This document shows, one piece after another, positions 31,382 through 41,274 of a DNA stretch of 64,000 nt. The number at the start of each line of letters is the position of its first letter. Position 1 is the first letter of the stretch. Origin of the DNA: an uncultured Christensenella sp. (GTDB taxonomy: Bacteria; Bacillota; Clostridia; Christensenellales; Aristaeellaceae); contig CAYZTQ010000001.1 of assembly GCA_964481445.1 (NCBI GenBank), positions 7,701 to 71,700 on the forward strand, read 5' to 3'. The notes below the pieces were generated by a model, which did not search any database, was not told the DNA's origin, and saw only the letters and a program-made list of their open reading frames with translations. The position numbers were made by a program, and so were the translations under genes.

Positions 31382-32103
31382 GCATCAGAGACCTGCATGC
31401 TTCCGCTCAGGGGCAGAGCATATTAAACGGCATCAACCTGGACATCAAACCCGGTGAGGTGCATGTCATCATGGGGCCCAACGGCGCGGGCAAATCGACC
31501 CTGGCCAACGTCATTCTGGGCGACCCCCGCTACGAGGTGACGGGCGGCAGCATTCTGTTTGAGGGCATCGATATTACTGAGGAAAAGACGGACGCGCGCG
31601 CCCGCCGCGGCATCTTTCTCTCGTTTCAGGCGCCGGAAGAAATCAGCGGCGTGTCGGTCGAGAGCTTTCTGCGCGCCGCCAAGAACGCGCACATGGGCGA
31701 GACGCAGAAACTCATCCCCTTCCGCCGCGCGCTGAAGGCCAAGATGGAGCAGCTGGGCATCCCCGAAAGCTACGCCTCCCGCTCGCTGAACGTGGGTTTT
31801 TCAGGCGGCGAAAAAAAGAAGAATGAGATTTTGCAGATGGAGATGCTGAACCCCAGGCTCGCCATTCTGGATGAGACCGACTCCGGCCTTGATATCGACG
31901 CGGTGCGCACCATCGCCCAGAGCATCGGCCGCTTTAGAACAGAAAAGAACGCTATCCTGATCATCACGCACATCACCCGCATCCTGCAGGATCTGCCGGT
32001 CGATCAGGTGCACATTCTCTCCCGCGGCCGCATCGTGCGCACCGAGGGAGCGGCCATCATTGAGGAGGTCAGCCGCAAGGGCTTTGCCTCCGTGCTTGCC
32101 TGA
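31363..32103 (+). CDS. sufC: Fe-S cluster assembly ATPase SufC
   Basis: In ORF 31354..32103 the ATG at 31363 gives MSETLLSIRDLH; the GTG at 31354 is an alternative start. It has Walker A GPNGAGKST, the signature FSGGEKKKNEILQM and Walker B LAILDETDSGLD. Confidence 0.9.
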   Translation: MSETLLSIRDLHASAQGQSILNGINLDIKPGEVHVIMGPNGAGKSTLANVILGDPRYEVTGGSILFEGIDITEEKTDARARRGIFLSFQAPEEISGVSVESFLRAAKNAHMGETQKLIPFRRALKAKMEQLGIPESYASRSLNVGFSGGEKKKNEILQMEMLNPRLAILDETDSGLDIDAVRTIAQSIGRFRTEKNAILIITHITRILQDLPVDQVHILSRGRIVRTEGAAIIEEVSRKGFASVLA

Positions 32104-32113
32104 GGAGAAGACG

Positions 32114-33520
32114 ATGGCAAAGGAAAGAACGCAGATAGCCGAGCTGGACAGGAGCCCCTTTGATTTCCGCGACGCGGTGCAGAGCGATTATCAGACGGGT
32201 CAGGGCCTGACGGCTGAAATTGTGGAAGAAATATCGCGGGTCAAAAATGAGCCGGAGTGGATGCTGAAGCACCGCCTGCGCTCGCTGGAACTGTTCAATT
32301 CTATCCCCATGCCGGTCTGGGGCCCGCCGCTGGATGAGCTGGATATCAACAACATCGTCACCTACGTCAAGCCCAACACCGCCATGAAGGATGACTGGAG
32401 CGACGTGCCCGACTATATCAAGAACACCTTCGAGCGCCTCGGCATCCCCAAGGCGGAGCGTGAGTCGCTGGCGGGCGTCGGCGCGCAGTACGACTCGGAG
32501 GTGGTCTACCACCGCGTGCGCGAGGAGCTGCTCAAGCAGGGCGTCATCTACACGGATATGGAAACCGCGGTGCAGGAGTACGAGCATCTGGTGCGCCCGC
32601 TGTTTATGAAGATCGTGCCGCCCAGCGACCACAAGTTCGCGGCGCTGCACGGCGCCGTCTGGTCTGGCGGATCCTTTGTGTATGTGCCCGAGGGGGTGCA
32701 GCTGGATGTGCCGCTGCAATCCTACTTCCGGCTCAACGCGCCGGGCGCCGGCCAGTTTGAACATACGCTGATCGTGGTGGAGAAGGGGGCGCGCGCCCAC
32801 TTCATCGAGGGCTGCTCGGCCCCCCGCTACAACGTGGTCAACCTGCACGCGGGCTGCGTGGAGCTGTATGTGCGGGAGAACGCCACGCTGCGCTATTCCA
32901 CCATCGAAAACTGGTCGAAGAACATGATGAACCTGAACACCAAGCGCTCCAGCGTCGAAAAGAACGGCGCTATCGAGTGGGTGTCGGGCACCTTCGGCTC
33001 GCACAAGACCATGCTGTACCCCTCCAGCTTCTTAAAGGGAGAGGGCGCGCGCTCCAGCTTTACCGGCATCACCTTCGCCGGCAGCGAGCAGCATCTGGAT
33101 ACAGGCACCAAGGTCTACCACATGGCGCCGAATACCTCATCGACCGTCAGCAGCAAATCCATCTCCAAGGACGGCGGCATCGCCATCTACCGCAGCGATA
33201 TCCACATCCTGCCGGAGGCGGTCGGCTCCAAGTCCTCCGTCGTGTGCGAATCGCTGATGATGGACAGGCAGTCGCGCGCCGACACCGTGCCGGTGATGGA
33301 TATCCGCAACGATCAGGTGGATATCGGCCACGAGGCCAGGATCGGCCGCATCAGCGACGCCGCCATCTTCTACCTGATGACGAGGGGGCTGAGCGAGAGC
33401 GAGGCCAAGGATATGATCGTCCGCGGCTTTGTGGAGCCCATCGCCAAGGAACTGCCGCTGGAATACGCAGTGGAAATGAACCGCCTGATCAGCCTTGAGC
33501 TGGAAGGAACCATCGGGTAA
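32114..33520 (+). CDS. sufB: Fe-S cluster assembly protein SufB
   Basis: In ORF 32060..33520 the start is taken at MAKERTQIAELD. At 468 aa the size is typical of SufB, and conserved segments are present (GSFVYVPEGV, HTLIVVEKGA, IENWSKNMMNL, EARIGRISD). Confidence 0.9.
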   Translation: MAKERTQIAELDRSPFDFRDAVQSDYQTGQGLTAEIVEEISRVKNEPEWMLKHRLRSLELFNSIPMPVWGPPLDELDINNIVTYVKPNTAMKDDWSDVPDYIKNTFERLGIPKAERESLAGVGAQYDSEVVYHRVREELLKQGVIYTDMETAVQEYEHLVRPLFMKIVPPSDHKFAALHGAVWSGGSFVYVPEGVQLDVPLQSYFRLNAPGAGQFEHTLIVVEKGARAHFIEGCSAPRYNVVNLHAGCVELYVRENATLRYSTIENWSKNMMNLNTKRSSVEKNGAIEWVSGTFGSHKTMLYPSSFLKGEGARSSFTGITFAGSEQHLDTGTKVYHMAPNTSSTVSSKSISKDGGIAIYRSDIHILPEAVGSKSSVVCESLMMDRQSRADTVPVMDIRNDQVDIGHEARIGRISDAAIFYLMTRGLSESEAKDMIVRGFVEPIAKELPLEYAVEMNRLISLELEGTIG

Positions 33521-33529
33521 GGAGCAGAC

Positions 33530-34630
33530 ATGAATCAGACCATCACCATCAACCGTATGCCCATGCGCGTCTGGCGCAGGCCGCGGGTCAATGATATAGA
33601 ACTGACGCTGAACGCCCCACAGCAAAAGGCGGCCGAAGGCAGCCTGAGCATAGAAAACGCCGACGGCCTTGATATCACCGACCGGCTGCCAATGGCCGAT
33701 TTCAGGGCCCGCGGGGCGGACTATTTTGTGCCGCAGGCGCTCAGCGAGTTTGTGATGCGCAGCGCCTCCCACCGCAGGCTGATCCGCATTCCCAAGGGCT
33801 ACCGGGGCGAATCGCCTGCCTTCATCACCCTGCGCCTTGAAAAGGCCTCGCCCCTGCTGTCTGAGGAGCTGTATATCGAGGCGGAAGAGGGGGCGAAGGC
33901 GCATCTGATTATCAAGTACTACGGTGAAGACGGCCTTCCCTGCGAGCATACGGGCATTACAAGGCTGAACCTTGCAAAGGGCAGCGAGCTGCAGCTTGTC
34001 AGGGTGCAGGCGCTCAGCCGCGAGGCGAAAAATACCGATGCCGTGGAGGCGGTGCTTGATGAGGGAGCTTCCCTCTCGCTCACGCTGGCGGAGCTTGGCT
34101 CGGCGCAGACAAACGCCAGCTGCAACGTGCTGCTTGCGGGCGAGAAGGCGCGGCTGAAGCTCGATGTGCTCTACATCGGCGACGGCGACCGGAAGCTTGA
34201 CATGACCTACCGCGCCGAGCACAGGGCGAAGAAGACCGAGGCCGATATCCGCTCTCGCGGCATCCTGCACGGCACCAGCCACAAGGTGCTGCGTGACACG
34301 CTGGATTTTATTCCCGGCGCCGCGGGCTCCAGAGGCCGCGAGGAGGAGAGCGTGCTGCTGCTGGGCAGCAAGGCGCGCAACATCTCCGTGCCGCTGCTTC
34401 TGTGCGGCGAGCATGATGTGGAGGGCGAGCACGCCGCCACCTCGGGCAGGCTGGATGAGGAGATGATGTTCTACATCATGAGCCGCGGCATCTCACGGGA
34501 AGAGGCCAGAAAGCTGATGGCCAAGGCCTCCTTCAGCGAAATTGTCGAAGAGATCCCCGACCAGCAACTGCGGGAGGAAATCATGGCGGCGGTGGACGCC
34601 TCCATCGACCGGGGAGGCGAGCAGGCATGA
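33530..34630 (+). CDS. sufD: Fe-S cluster assembly protein SufD
   Basis: 366 aa. It is SufB/D-family beta-helix-like in sequence, and the C-terminal FYIMSRGISREEARKLM parallels the SufB C-terminus. Its position between sufB and sufS also fits. Confidence 0.8.
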   Translation: MNQTITINRMPMRVWRRPRVNDIELTLNAPQQKAAEGSLSIENADGLDITDRLPMADFRARGADYFVPQALSEFVMRSASHRRLIRIPKGYRGESPAFITLRLEKASPLLSEELYIEAEEGAKAHLIIKYYGEDGLPCEHTGITRLNLAKGSELQLVRVQALSREAKNTDAVEAVLDEGASLSLTLAELGSAQTNASCNVLLAGEKARLKLDVLYIGDGDRKLDMTYRAEHRAKKTEADIRSRGILHGTSHKVLRDTLDFIPGAAGSRGREEESVLLLGSKARNISVPLLLCGEHDVEGEHAATSGRLDEEMMFYIMSRGISREEARKLMAKASFSEIVEEIPDQQLREEIMAAVDASIDRGGEQA

Positions 34631-35856
34631 ACGGCAAAAGAGCCGATTTTCCTCTGCTGAACAGGCCGGATGCGAAGGGAAGGCTGCTTGCCTACCTGGA
34701 TAACGCCAGCACCACCCAGAAGCCCCTTGCCGTGCTGGAGGCCATGGATGATTTTTACAAAGCCGAAAACGCCAACCCCCACCGCGGGGCCTACGATCTG
34801 TCGGTCGCGGCCACGCAGGCGCTGGAAAGCGCGAGGGAAAAGGTAAGGGCCTTCATCGGCGCGCGGCGCAGTGAGGAGATTATCTTTACCAAGGGCGCGA
34901 CCGAGGCCATCAATCTGGTGGCGCATACCTGGGCGCTGTCCCAGCTGAAGCCGGGGGATGAGATCGCCCTCCTGATTTCCGAGCATCACAGTAACCTGAT
35001 CCCCTGGCAGTACGCCGCGCGCCTGACGGGAGCAAAACTTGTCTACCTGTATACGGACGGCGAGGGCCGCCTGCCTGAGAGCGAAATCATCAAGAAGATC
35101 GGCCCCTCGACCCGTCTTGTGGCCGCCGGGCACATTTCCAACGTGACGGGCGCCGTCAACCCGGTGGAGGCGCTGATCGCGAGGGCGCACAGCGTGGGGG
35201 CGAAGGCGCTGGTGGACGGCACGCAGGCCGCGCCGCATGTGCCGGTGGATGTACAGAAGCTGGACGCTGACTTCTACGTGTTTTCCGCCCACAAGATGCT
35301 GGGCCCGGCGGGCATCGGCGTGCTGTACGGAAAGCTGGAGCTGCTGGACGGCATGCCGCCCTTTCTGTTCGGCGGCGATATGATCGAGTATGTGGAGGAG
35401 CAGTCGGCCACCTTCGCGCCGCTGCCGCAGAAGTTTGAGGCGGGCACGCTGAACGTAAGCGGCGCGGTCGGCCTCGGGGCTGCCATTGACTATCTGAACG
35501 CCACCGGCCTTGAAAAGATAGAAGCAGACGAAAAAGAGCTGACCGCGTATCTGCTGGAAAGCCTCATGGCGGTGCCCCACCTTTCTGTGATCGGGCCGAA
35601 GGATACGGAAGGCCGCATTGGCGTGGTTTCCTTTAGCCTCGAGGGCGCGCATCCCCACGATGTCGCCACCATCGTCAACGCCGATCAGGTGGCCATCCGC
35701 TCCGGGCACCACTGCGCGCAGCCCTTCATGAAGCATCTCAGGGTGCAGTCGACCTGCAGGGCCAGCCTGTATCTGTACAATACCAAAGAAGATATCGACC
35801 GCCTGGCGGCCAGCCTGCGCGGGGTGAGGAGGTGGCTCGGCTATGGAGCTGAATGA
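34627..35856 (+). CDS. sufS: Cysteine desulfurase, SufS subfamily
   Basis: 409 aa. It has LDNASTTQKP, the PLP lysine in FSAHKMLGPAGIGVLYG, and the active-site RSGHHCAQP. Confidence 0.9.
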   Translation: MNGKRADFPLLNRPDAKGRLLAYLDNASTTQKPLAVLEAMDDFYKAENANPHRGAYDLSVAATQALESAREKVRAFIGARRSEEIIFTKGATEAINLVAHTWALSQLKPGDEIALLISEHHSNLIPWQYAARLTGAKLVYLYTDGEGRLPESEIIKKIGPSTRLVAAGHISNVTGAVNPVEALIARAHSVGAKALVDGTQAAPHVPVDVQKLDADFYVFSAHKMLGPAGIGVLYGKLELLDGMPPFLFGGDMIEYVEEQSATFAPLPQKFEAGTLNVSGAVGLGAAIDYLNATGLEKIEADEKELTAYLLESLMAVPHLSVIGPKDTEGRIGVVSFSLEGAHPHDVATIVNADQVAIRSGHHCAQPFMKHLRVQSTCRASLYLYNTKEDIDRLAASLRGVRRWLGYGAE

Positions 35857-36292
35857 GCTGTATACGGAGATTATTACAGAATATGCCGCCGACAAGGCGC
35901 ACTGGCATCATCTGGAGCATGCCGACGTCAGCCAGCGGGGGGTCAACCCCAGCTGCGGCGATGAAATCAGTCTGGAGCTGGAGATCAAGGACGGCGTTAT
36001 CAAAAAGGTAGGGCTCATCGGCAGCGGCTGCGCCATTTCCTCTGCTTCCGCCTCGGTGCTGGCCGATATGATGGAGGGCATGGACGTGGAGGAGGCGAGG
36101 CGCCTTTCCCGCCTGTTCATCGACATGGTGCGCGGCGAAGCGCAGTCGGAGCAGGAATTGGAGGAGCTGGAGGACGCGCTCGCCTTCCGGGGCATCTCCA
36201 AAATGCCGGCGCGCACCAAGTGCGCGGTGCTGGCCTGGCATACGCTGGAAGAAGCCGTCAGGCAATGGCAGGCGAAAAGAGCAAAGGATTGA
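35843..36292 (+). CDS. sufU: SufU/IscU-like Fe-S scaffold (sulfur acceptor)
   Basis: 149 aa. It carries NPSCGDEISLELEI, GSGCAISSASASVL and KCAVLAWHTLEEA, which are SufU-type motifs. Confidence 0.85.
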   Translation: MELNELYTEIITEYAADKAHWHHLEHADVSQRGVNPSCGDEISLELEIKDGVIKKVGLIGSGCAISSASASVLADMMEGMDVEEARRLSRLFIDMVRGEAQSEQELEELEDALAFRGISKMPARTKCAVLAWHTLEEAVRQWQAKRAKD

Positions 36293-36327
36293 TTATTTTT
36301 TATCAGCAGATTTTGCTTATACTTAAA

Positions 36328-36343
36328 GTTTACAATTGTAAAC
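36328..36343. repeat. Perfect 16-bp palindrome GTTTACAATTGTAAAC (motif copy 1)
   Basis: Read directly. It overlaps the left arm of the suf terminator and lies about 90 nt upstream of the SBP-like gene. The same 11-mer, GTTTACAATTG, recurs at 41275-41287 on the minus strand. Confidence 0.5.
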
Positions 36344-36363
36344 GGCCCAGAGAGGCCGTTTTT
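36340..36363 (+). terminator. Rho-independent terminator of the suf operon
   Basis: AAACGGCC (36340-36347) pairs with GGCCGTTT (36354-36361), followed by TTG. Confidence 0.55.
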
Positions 36364-36429
36364 GATTATAATCGTGTTATGATGTTTATGTGACAAAATA
36401 CTCTTTATCCCATCCGGAAAGGAGAAGCC

Positions 36430-38776
36430 ATGAAAAAACTGACAGCTTTGATACTGATTGTCATGCTGCTTGCAGGCGGCGCGCTCTCTGAAAGCGCGCA
36501 GAGCGCTCTGCAGACGGATCTTACCCTCGGGGAGGATTTTTGGGTGAGTTCTTCCGCTTTCCTGGCGGACCGGATGTACCTGACCTCGGGCGGCAGCTTC
36601 TATGTCTATACCCCGGGCACGCAGGAGCCTGAAAAGCTGAAGGTTGTCGACGCGCGCGGCATGGGAAAGCCGGAGGGTCAGTCTGAAGAGGCCGTATATT
36701 ATCAGCTGCGTCTGTTCCGCGACGGAGACAGCCTGTACGCCGTGGATCTGAGCGACAGCCAGATGATCTATCCGCTGGCGCTGGAGGGGCAAGACACTGA
36801 CCATTCAGTCCGGCGTCAGCATCAATACCGAGCCCCTGCGCAACATGGAGTACGGGGACGAGGGCTATATGGACGAGCCTCTTTCCATGCTTGCCCAGAA
36901 TGGCAGGCTGTATGTCATTGCAAGGTTCTGGGGAAATGGCGGCGAGGATGAGCTGAAGCTGTTCAGCTTTGATATAGCGAAGGGCGGCGAGTGCAAAGAA
37001 CATGCCGCGCCGAATGTCTGGAGCCTGGCCCCTTACCGGGAGGGAAAGCTGCTGGCCGCTGTGATGAACCCGCGGGACAGCTATGACCAGAAAGCAATGG
37101 CCAACCGGAATTTCAGGCTGTGCGCCTTGAACCCCGCGGACGACAGCCTGACCGAGCTGTGGGATTCGGGCGTGCCCTTTGACTATAACAGCATTTCGCT
37201 TGCCTACGACGCGGAAAACGCGCTGGCCTATGTGGAGGGAAAGACCGAAATCTATCGTGTTGCCGAGGGGCAGCAAGCGGAAATCTGTGCCTACCTGCCG
37301 CCCAGCCAGTTCGACCAAAGCCTTGGGGGCGGCCTGTTTCCGCTGAAGGACGGCCGGATTCTTTCGATTCGCGGCAGAGACTTTACGCTGCGCGGCACCG
37401 ACCCCGCGCTGCTGCCCAAGGGCAGGCTGACCATCTACGGAAGCTACATGAACGATACGCACCAGAAGGCAATCAAGGCCATGAACGGCATCCCCGTCAG
37501 CTTTCTGGATAACACCTGGTTTTCTTCCGCGCAGCAGCTGGGGCAGGCGCTGGTTTCCGGCGAGGACAGCTTTGATATCTATATGCTTAACGTGAATTTT
37601 ATGGACCTGAAAAACCTGATGAAAAAGGGCTACGCGCAGGATCTGAGCGCCAGCGAGAGCCTGAAAAAATATGTCAGCAGCCTCTACCCCATGATGCAGC
37701 AGGCCGGCAGCCTGGACGGCAAGCTGTACATGGTGCCCGTTGAGATGAACGTGGAAGGATTGTTCTCCTATTACAGCAAGCTGGTCGAGCAGGTCAAGGG
37801 CTTCGAGCTGCCCAAAACCTATGATGAAATGATCGACGCGATTCAAAACTGGAACGACAACCTGGGGGAGGAGTACCCCGACTTTACCATCATGCAGCAG
37901 GACGATTTCAAATACATGATGGTCGCCATGGCGCTCGATATGCAAAAGAACCGCATGGCCATGCAGGGCAGAGACTTCAGTTACAACGACCCGCAGCTCA
38001 GGCACATGCTGGAGCGCGCCCTCTCCCTCAATACCGAGAACATCGCGCAGAAAATCGACTGGACATCGCCTGACGCGCAGAGCCAGTCGGAGGAGCTGTA
38101 CAGCAGGCCGCCTCTGCTTGAAACCTATTATTGGCTTGACCTTGAGCGGATGAACCGTGAGATGAGCAAGGGAGAGGATGAGGAAACGCTGGTCGGCTGG
38201 GGCGATGGAAGCAAGACCTACGATGTGGGCCAGAATAAGCCGCTGATGCTTTCGGCCGCGGAGGGGGAGGAGCCTGTGACACCCATCACTCTGTGGGTCA
38301 TGGCGGTCAACCCCAAGTCGAAGAACTTAGACGCCGCGATCGCCTATGTGGAACAGTATGTCAACAACATCGAGGCTGCCAAAAAGGCCATGATGAACCC
38401 CGATATGAATGAAGACATCGAAAACCCGAGGTTTTTAGAGGAAACCAAATGGCTGGATGAATATGAGGCGCAGATGAAGAAAGCCTGGGAGGAAGCCGAG
38501 GGGGCGGAGAAAACCCAGGCGGAGAAGGACTACCAGGAGGCGGTCAGGCGCAACCAAAAGGAGCGCGAACGCGCCAAATTCAGCGTGCGCGCCGAAACCA
38601 TTGCCTTCTACAGGGAAATCATCAAGAACAGCTATGTCAGGGAGTATGACCCTGCGCTTACATCCCAAGACATGTATCAGCTGCAGCAGCGCCTGATCGA
38701 GGGGCAGATGCCGCTTGACCAATTCCTCAGCGAGTCGGAAGGAAAGCTGCGGCTAATCCGTCTGGAGGGGCAATAA
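36430..38776 (+). pseudogene. Large secreted solute-binding-protein-like protein, paralogue A, interrupted by a +1-nt frameshift in a GGGG run
   Basis: Track ORFs 36430..36951 (frame 1) and 36845..38776 (frame 2) together align end to end with the 783-aa paralogue at 38838..41189. Deleting one G from GGGG (36786-36789) gives ...MIYPLALEGKTLTIQSGVSINTEPLRNMEYGDEGY..., versus paralogue B ...MIYPLSVDGDALVVKDGVSINTEPLRNMEYGDEGY... The reconstructed length is 781 aa. Confidence 0.65.
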
Positions 38777-38837
38777 GAATAGCATCACGGTACAACAGGT
38801 GGAAAGACAGGCAAAGTGACAGAAAGGGGATTGTATT

Positions 38838-41189
38838 ATGAAGAAACTGCTGAGCTATATCCTGACGCTTGCGCTGCTGCTGAGCAGCGGCGCTGCCGCC
38901 GCATCAGAGGCCGCGCCGCAAACGGACGCGGATATTTCGGTGGGTGAAAACAAGTGGCTGGGAAGCAGCGCGATGCTTGACGGCAGGCTGTACTTTGGTT
39001 CGGGTGATGAATATCTGAGCTACACGCCCGGCGAGGAGGCGGTCAGGACGCTTGAACTCAAGGATGAAAGAACGCTAAAGAAAGAGGAAGACGAAACGCC
39101 GAACCTCATGCTGGCTTCGGATGGGGAAAAGCTTTATGGCTTTGCCCTGCATCAGGCGGGCATGATCTATCCCCTCAGCGTGGATGGGGATGCGCTGGTC
39201 GTCAAGGATGGCGTCAGCATCAATACGGAGCCGCTGCGCAATATGGAGTATGGGGATGAAGGCTACATCGAAACCCCCATGCAGATTCTCTGCCAGTCAG
39301 GCAGGGCGTATTTCGTCAACCGCAATTACACCTCAAGCGGTGATGCCAAACTGAGCCTCGGCAGCTACGACCTGGAAAAGGGCGGCGAGATGACCAAATA
39401 TCAGGCGCAGTTCGTCTGGCGTCTGGCCGCCTATAAGGACGGCAAGATGCTGGCGCAGGTGCTGGATCCGGAACAAACCTGGGATGAGAAGACGCAGCAG
39501 ATAAAAAACTACGCGCTGGCGCTCTGGGATCCTGCCGCGGACACGCTGGAAGATCTGGGCGACCTGGGCGTGAAAGCGAATTTCGAAGGCACCCCCATGG
39601 TCTATGACGCGGAAAAGGATCTGCTTTATATTCAGGGCAAAAGCGAAGTCTATCAGCGCGGCGCGGACGGCGTGCTCAAAATCGGCGCCTACCTGGTGCC
39701 CAACCAGTACGGCGGCCAGAGCGCGGATAATATCTACCTGCTGGGGCAGGGGCGCATGGCGGTGGTGGGCGGCCCCAATATCTCGCTGCGGGAGCCCAAC
39801 CCCGATACCCTGCCTTCCGTGCGGCTGACCATCTACGGCAGCTACATGAACCCGGCCCATCAGAAAACCATCAGCGCGATGGGCGGCCTGCCGGTCACTT
39901 TCCTGGACGGCAAATGGTTTGAGTCCGCCCAGAAGCTGGGGCAGGCGCTGGTCTCGGGCGATGACAACATCGACATCATGGTGCTCAGCGCCAGCTTTAT
40001 GGACCTGAAAAACCTGATGAGCAAAGGCTACGCGGCCGATCTGAGCGGCAGCGCCAAACTGAAGGAATACACGGACGCGCTTTACCCGGATATGCGGGAT
40101 ATGGGCCGCTACGAGGGCAAGCTGTTCATGGCGCCGGTATCCGTCAACGGCTCGGGCCTGATGGGCTACTACCCCAAGCTGTTTGAAGAGCTGAGCGAGC
40201 TGAAGGTACCCGCTGCCTTTACCGATCTGGTCGACCTCCTGCAGCAGTGGAACGACGACATGGCGGAAGAGCATTCCGACCTGATCCCGCTGCAGAGCGA
40301 TGACTACAAATTTAACCTGATGTACAAGGCGCTGCGCATGAAGGCGGCCATCGCCGCGGCGCAGGGCAAGGAGTTCTCTTTCGCGGACCCCGAGCTGAAA
40401 GCCATGCTGGAGGCGGTCATCAACCTGAACGCCGATGATATCCTGCCCAAGGTGGATTGGGAGAAGGACCCTGAAGGCGCTGAGGAGCAGATGAATGAGA
40501 TCTACAACCGCACGCCGCTGATGACAGACTACTATTCCACCGATCTGAGGAGTCTTAACTACCAGCTGACCATGCCGGATTCGCAGACCTCCCGCAAGCG
40601 GGCCGGTGAAAACGGCGAGACCATTTCTTCCGGCCCTCTGGAGCTGCTGCGCCTGTCCACTGTCGAGGGTGGGGCGCAGGAGCCGGTGCAGCTCTACCTG
40701 AGCCTGATGTTCGTCAACCCCAAATCCAAACATCTGGATACGGCTATCGCCTATATGGAAGAGTATGTCAAAAATCTGGAGCCTGCCGAAGCGGCGATGA
40801 TGATGCCGGGGATGAACGGGGATATCGAGAACCCCGACTACGAGCAGGAAATCAAGGGCCTTGAGGAATCCTTCCAGTATTACGAGAAGACGATCAAAGA
40901 GGCGGAAGGCGCCGAGAAGACCCAAGCCGAAAAGAATTACGAAGAATTCAAGCAGTACGCGGAAAACCGCCGCGAGGAGGCCAAGTACGCTGTGCGCAAG
41001 GAGACCCTCGCCCGCTTCCGTGAAATCATGGAGAACCGCGCCATCACGACCTATGAATCGAACCTGATCTTCAATAATGAGGATATGAGCAAGCTGCTCA
41101 ACCGCCTGATGCAGGGGCAGATGCCGCTTGACCAGTTCCTTTCGGAGGCGGACGGCAAGCTGCGCCTGATGCGGCTTGAGAACCAATAA
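38838..41189 (+). CDS. Large secreted solute-binding-protein-like protein, paralogue B (N-terminal extra domain, SBP family-1-like core, charged helical tail)
   Basis: 783 aa. The signal peptide MKKLLSYILTLALLLSSGAAAASEA has no lipobox Cys. From about RLTIYGSYMNPAHQKTISAMGGLPVTFLDGKW...DIMVLSA...GKLFMAPVSVNG the core resembles CUT1 sugar SBPs (from memory). The tail is rich in E/K and ends GQMPLDQFLSEADGKLRLMRLENQ. Confidence 0.55.
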   Translation: MKKLLSYILTLALLLSSGAAAASEAAPQTDADISVGENKWLGSSAMLDGRLYFGSGDEYLSYTPGEEAVRTLELKDERTLKKEEDETPNLMLASDGEKLYGFALHQAGMIYPLSVDGDALVVKDGVSINTEPLRNMEYGDEGYIETPMQILCQSGRAYFVNRNYTSSGDAKLSLGSYDLEKGGEMTKYQAQFVWRLAAYKDGKMLAQVLDPEQTWDEKTQQIKNYALALWDPAADTLEDLGDLGVKANFEGTPMVYDAEKDLLYIQGKSEVYQRGADGVLKIGAYLVPNQYGGQSADNIYLLGQGRMAVVGGPNISLREPNPDTLPSVRLTIYGSYMNPAHQKTISAMGGLPVTFLDGKWFESAQKLGQALVSGDDNIDIMVLSASFMDLKNLMSKGYAADLSGSAKLKEYTDALYPDMRDMGRYEGKLFMAPVSVNGSGLMGYYPKLFEELSELKVPAAFTDLVDLLQQWNDDMAEEHSDLIPLQSDDYKFNLMYKALRMKAAIAAAQGKEFSFADPELKAMLEAVINLNADDILPKVDWEKDPEGAEEQMNEIYNRTPLMTDYYSTDLRSLNYQLTMPDSQTSRKRAGENGETISSGPLELLRLSTVEGGAQEPVQLYLSLMFVNPKSKHLDTAIAYMEEYVKNLEPAEAAMMMPGMNGDIENPDYEQEIKGLEESFQYYEKTIKEAEGAEKTQAEKNYEEFKQYAENRREEAKYAVRKETLARFREIMENRAITTYESNLIFNNEDMSKLLNRLMQGQMPLDQFLSEADGKLRLMRLENQ

Positions 41190-41274
41190 TCCATTTTTCT
41201 GAATGCGCGGGGCGCGGGGCTTTAAGCTTCCGCGCCCTTTGCGCTTCTTTGTGCGCCGCATGAAGGCCTCTTGC

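Noticed and set aside
36334-36350. Possible CcpA cre site (TGTAAACGGCCCAG)
   Set aside because: Only the left half matches the TGWNANCGNTNWCA consensus. The right half fails at four positions. The sequence is better explained by the palindrome plus the terminator stem.
36521-41261. Minus-strand ORFs 36521..38005 (494 aa) and 39333..41261 (642 aa)
   Set aside because: They are antisense to the two SBP-like paralogues. The paralogues' mutual similarity is in the + strand frames, which validates the + strand.
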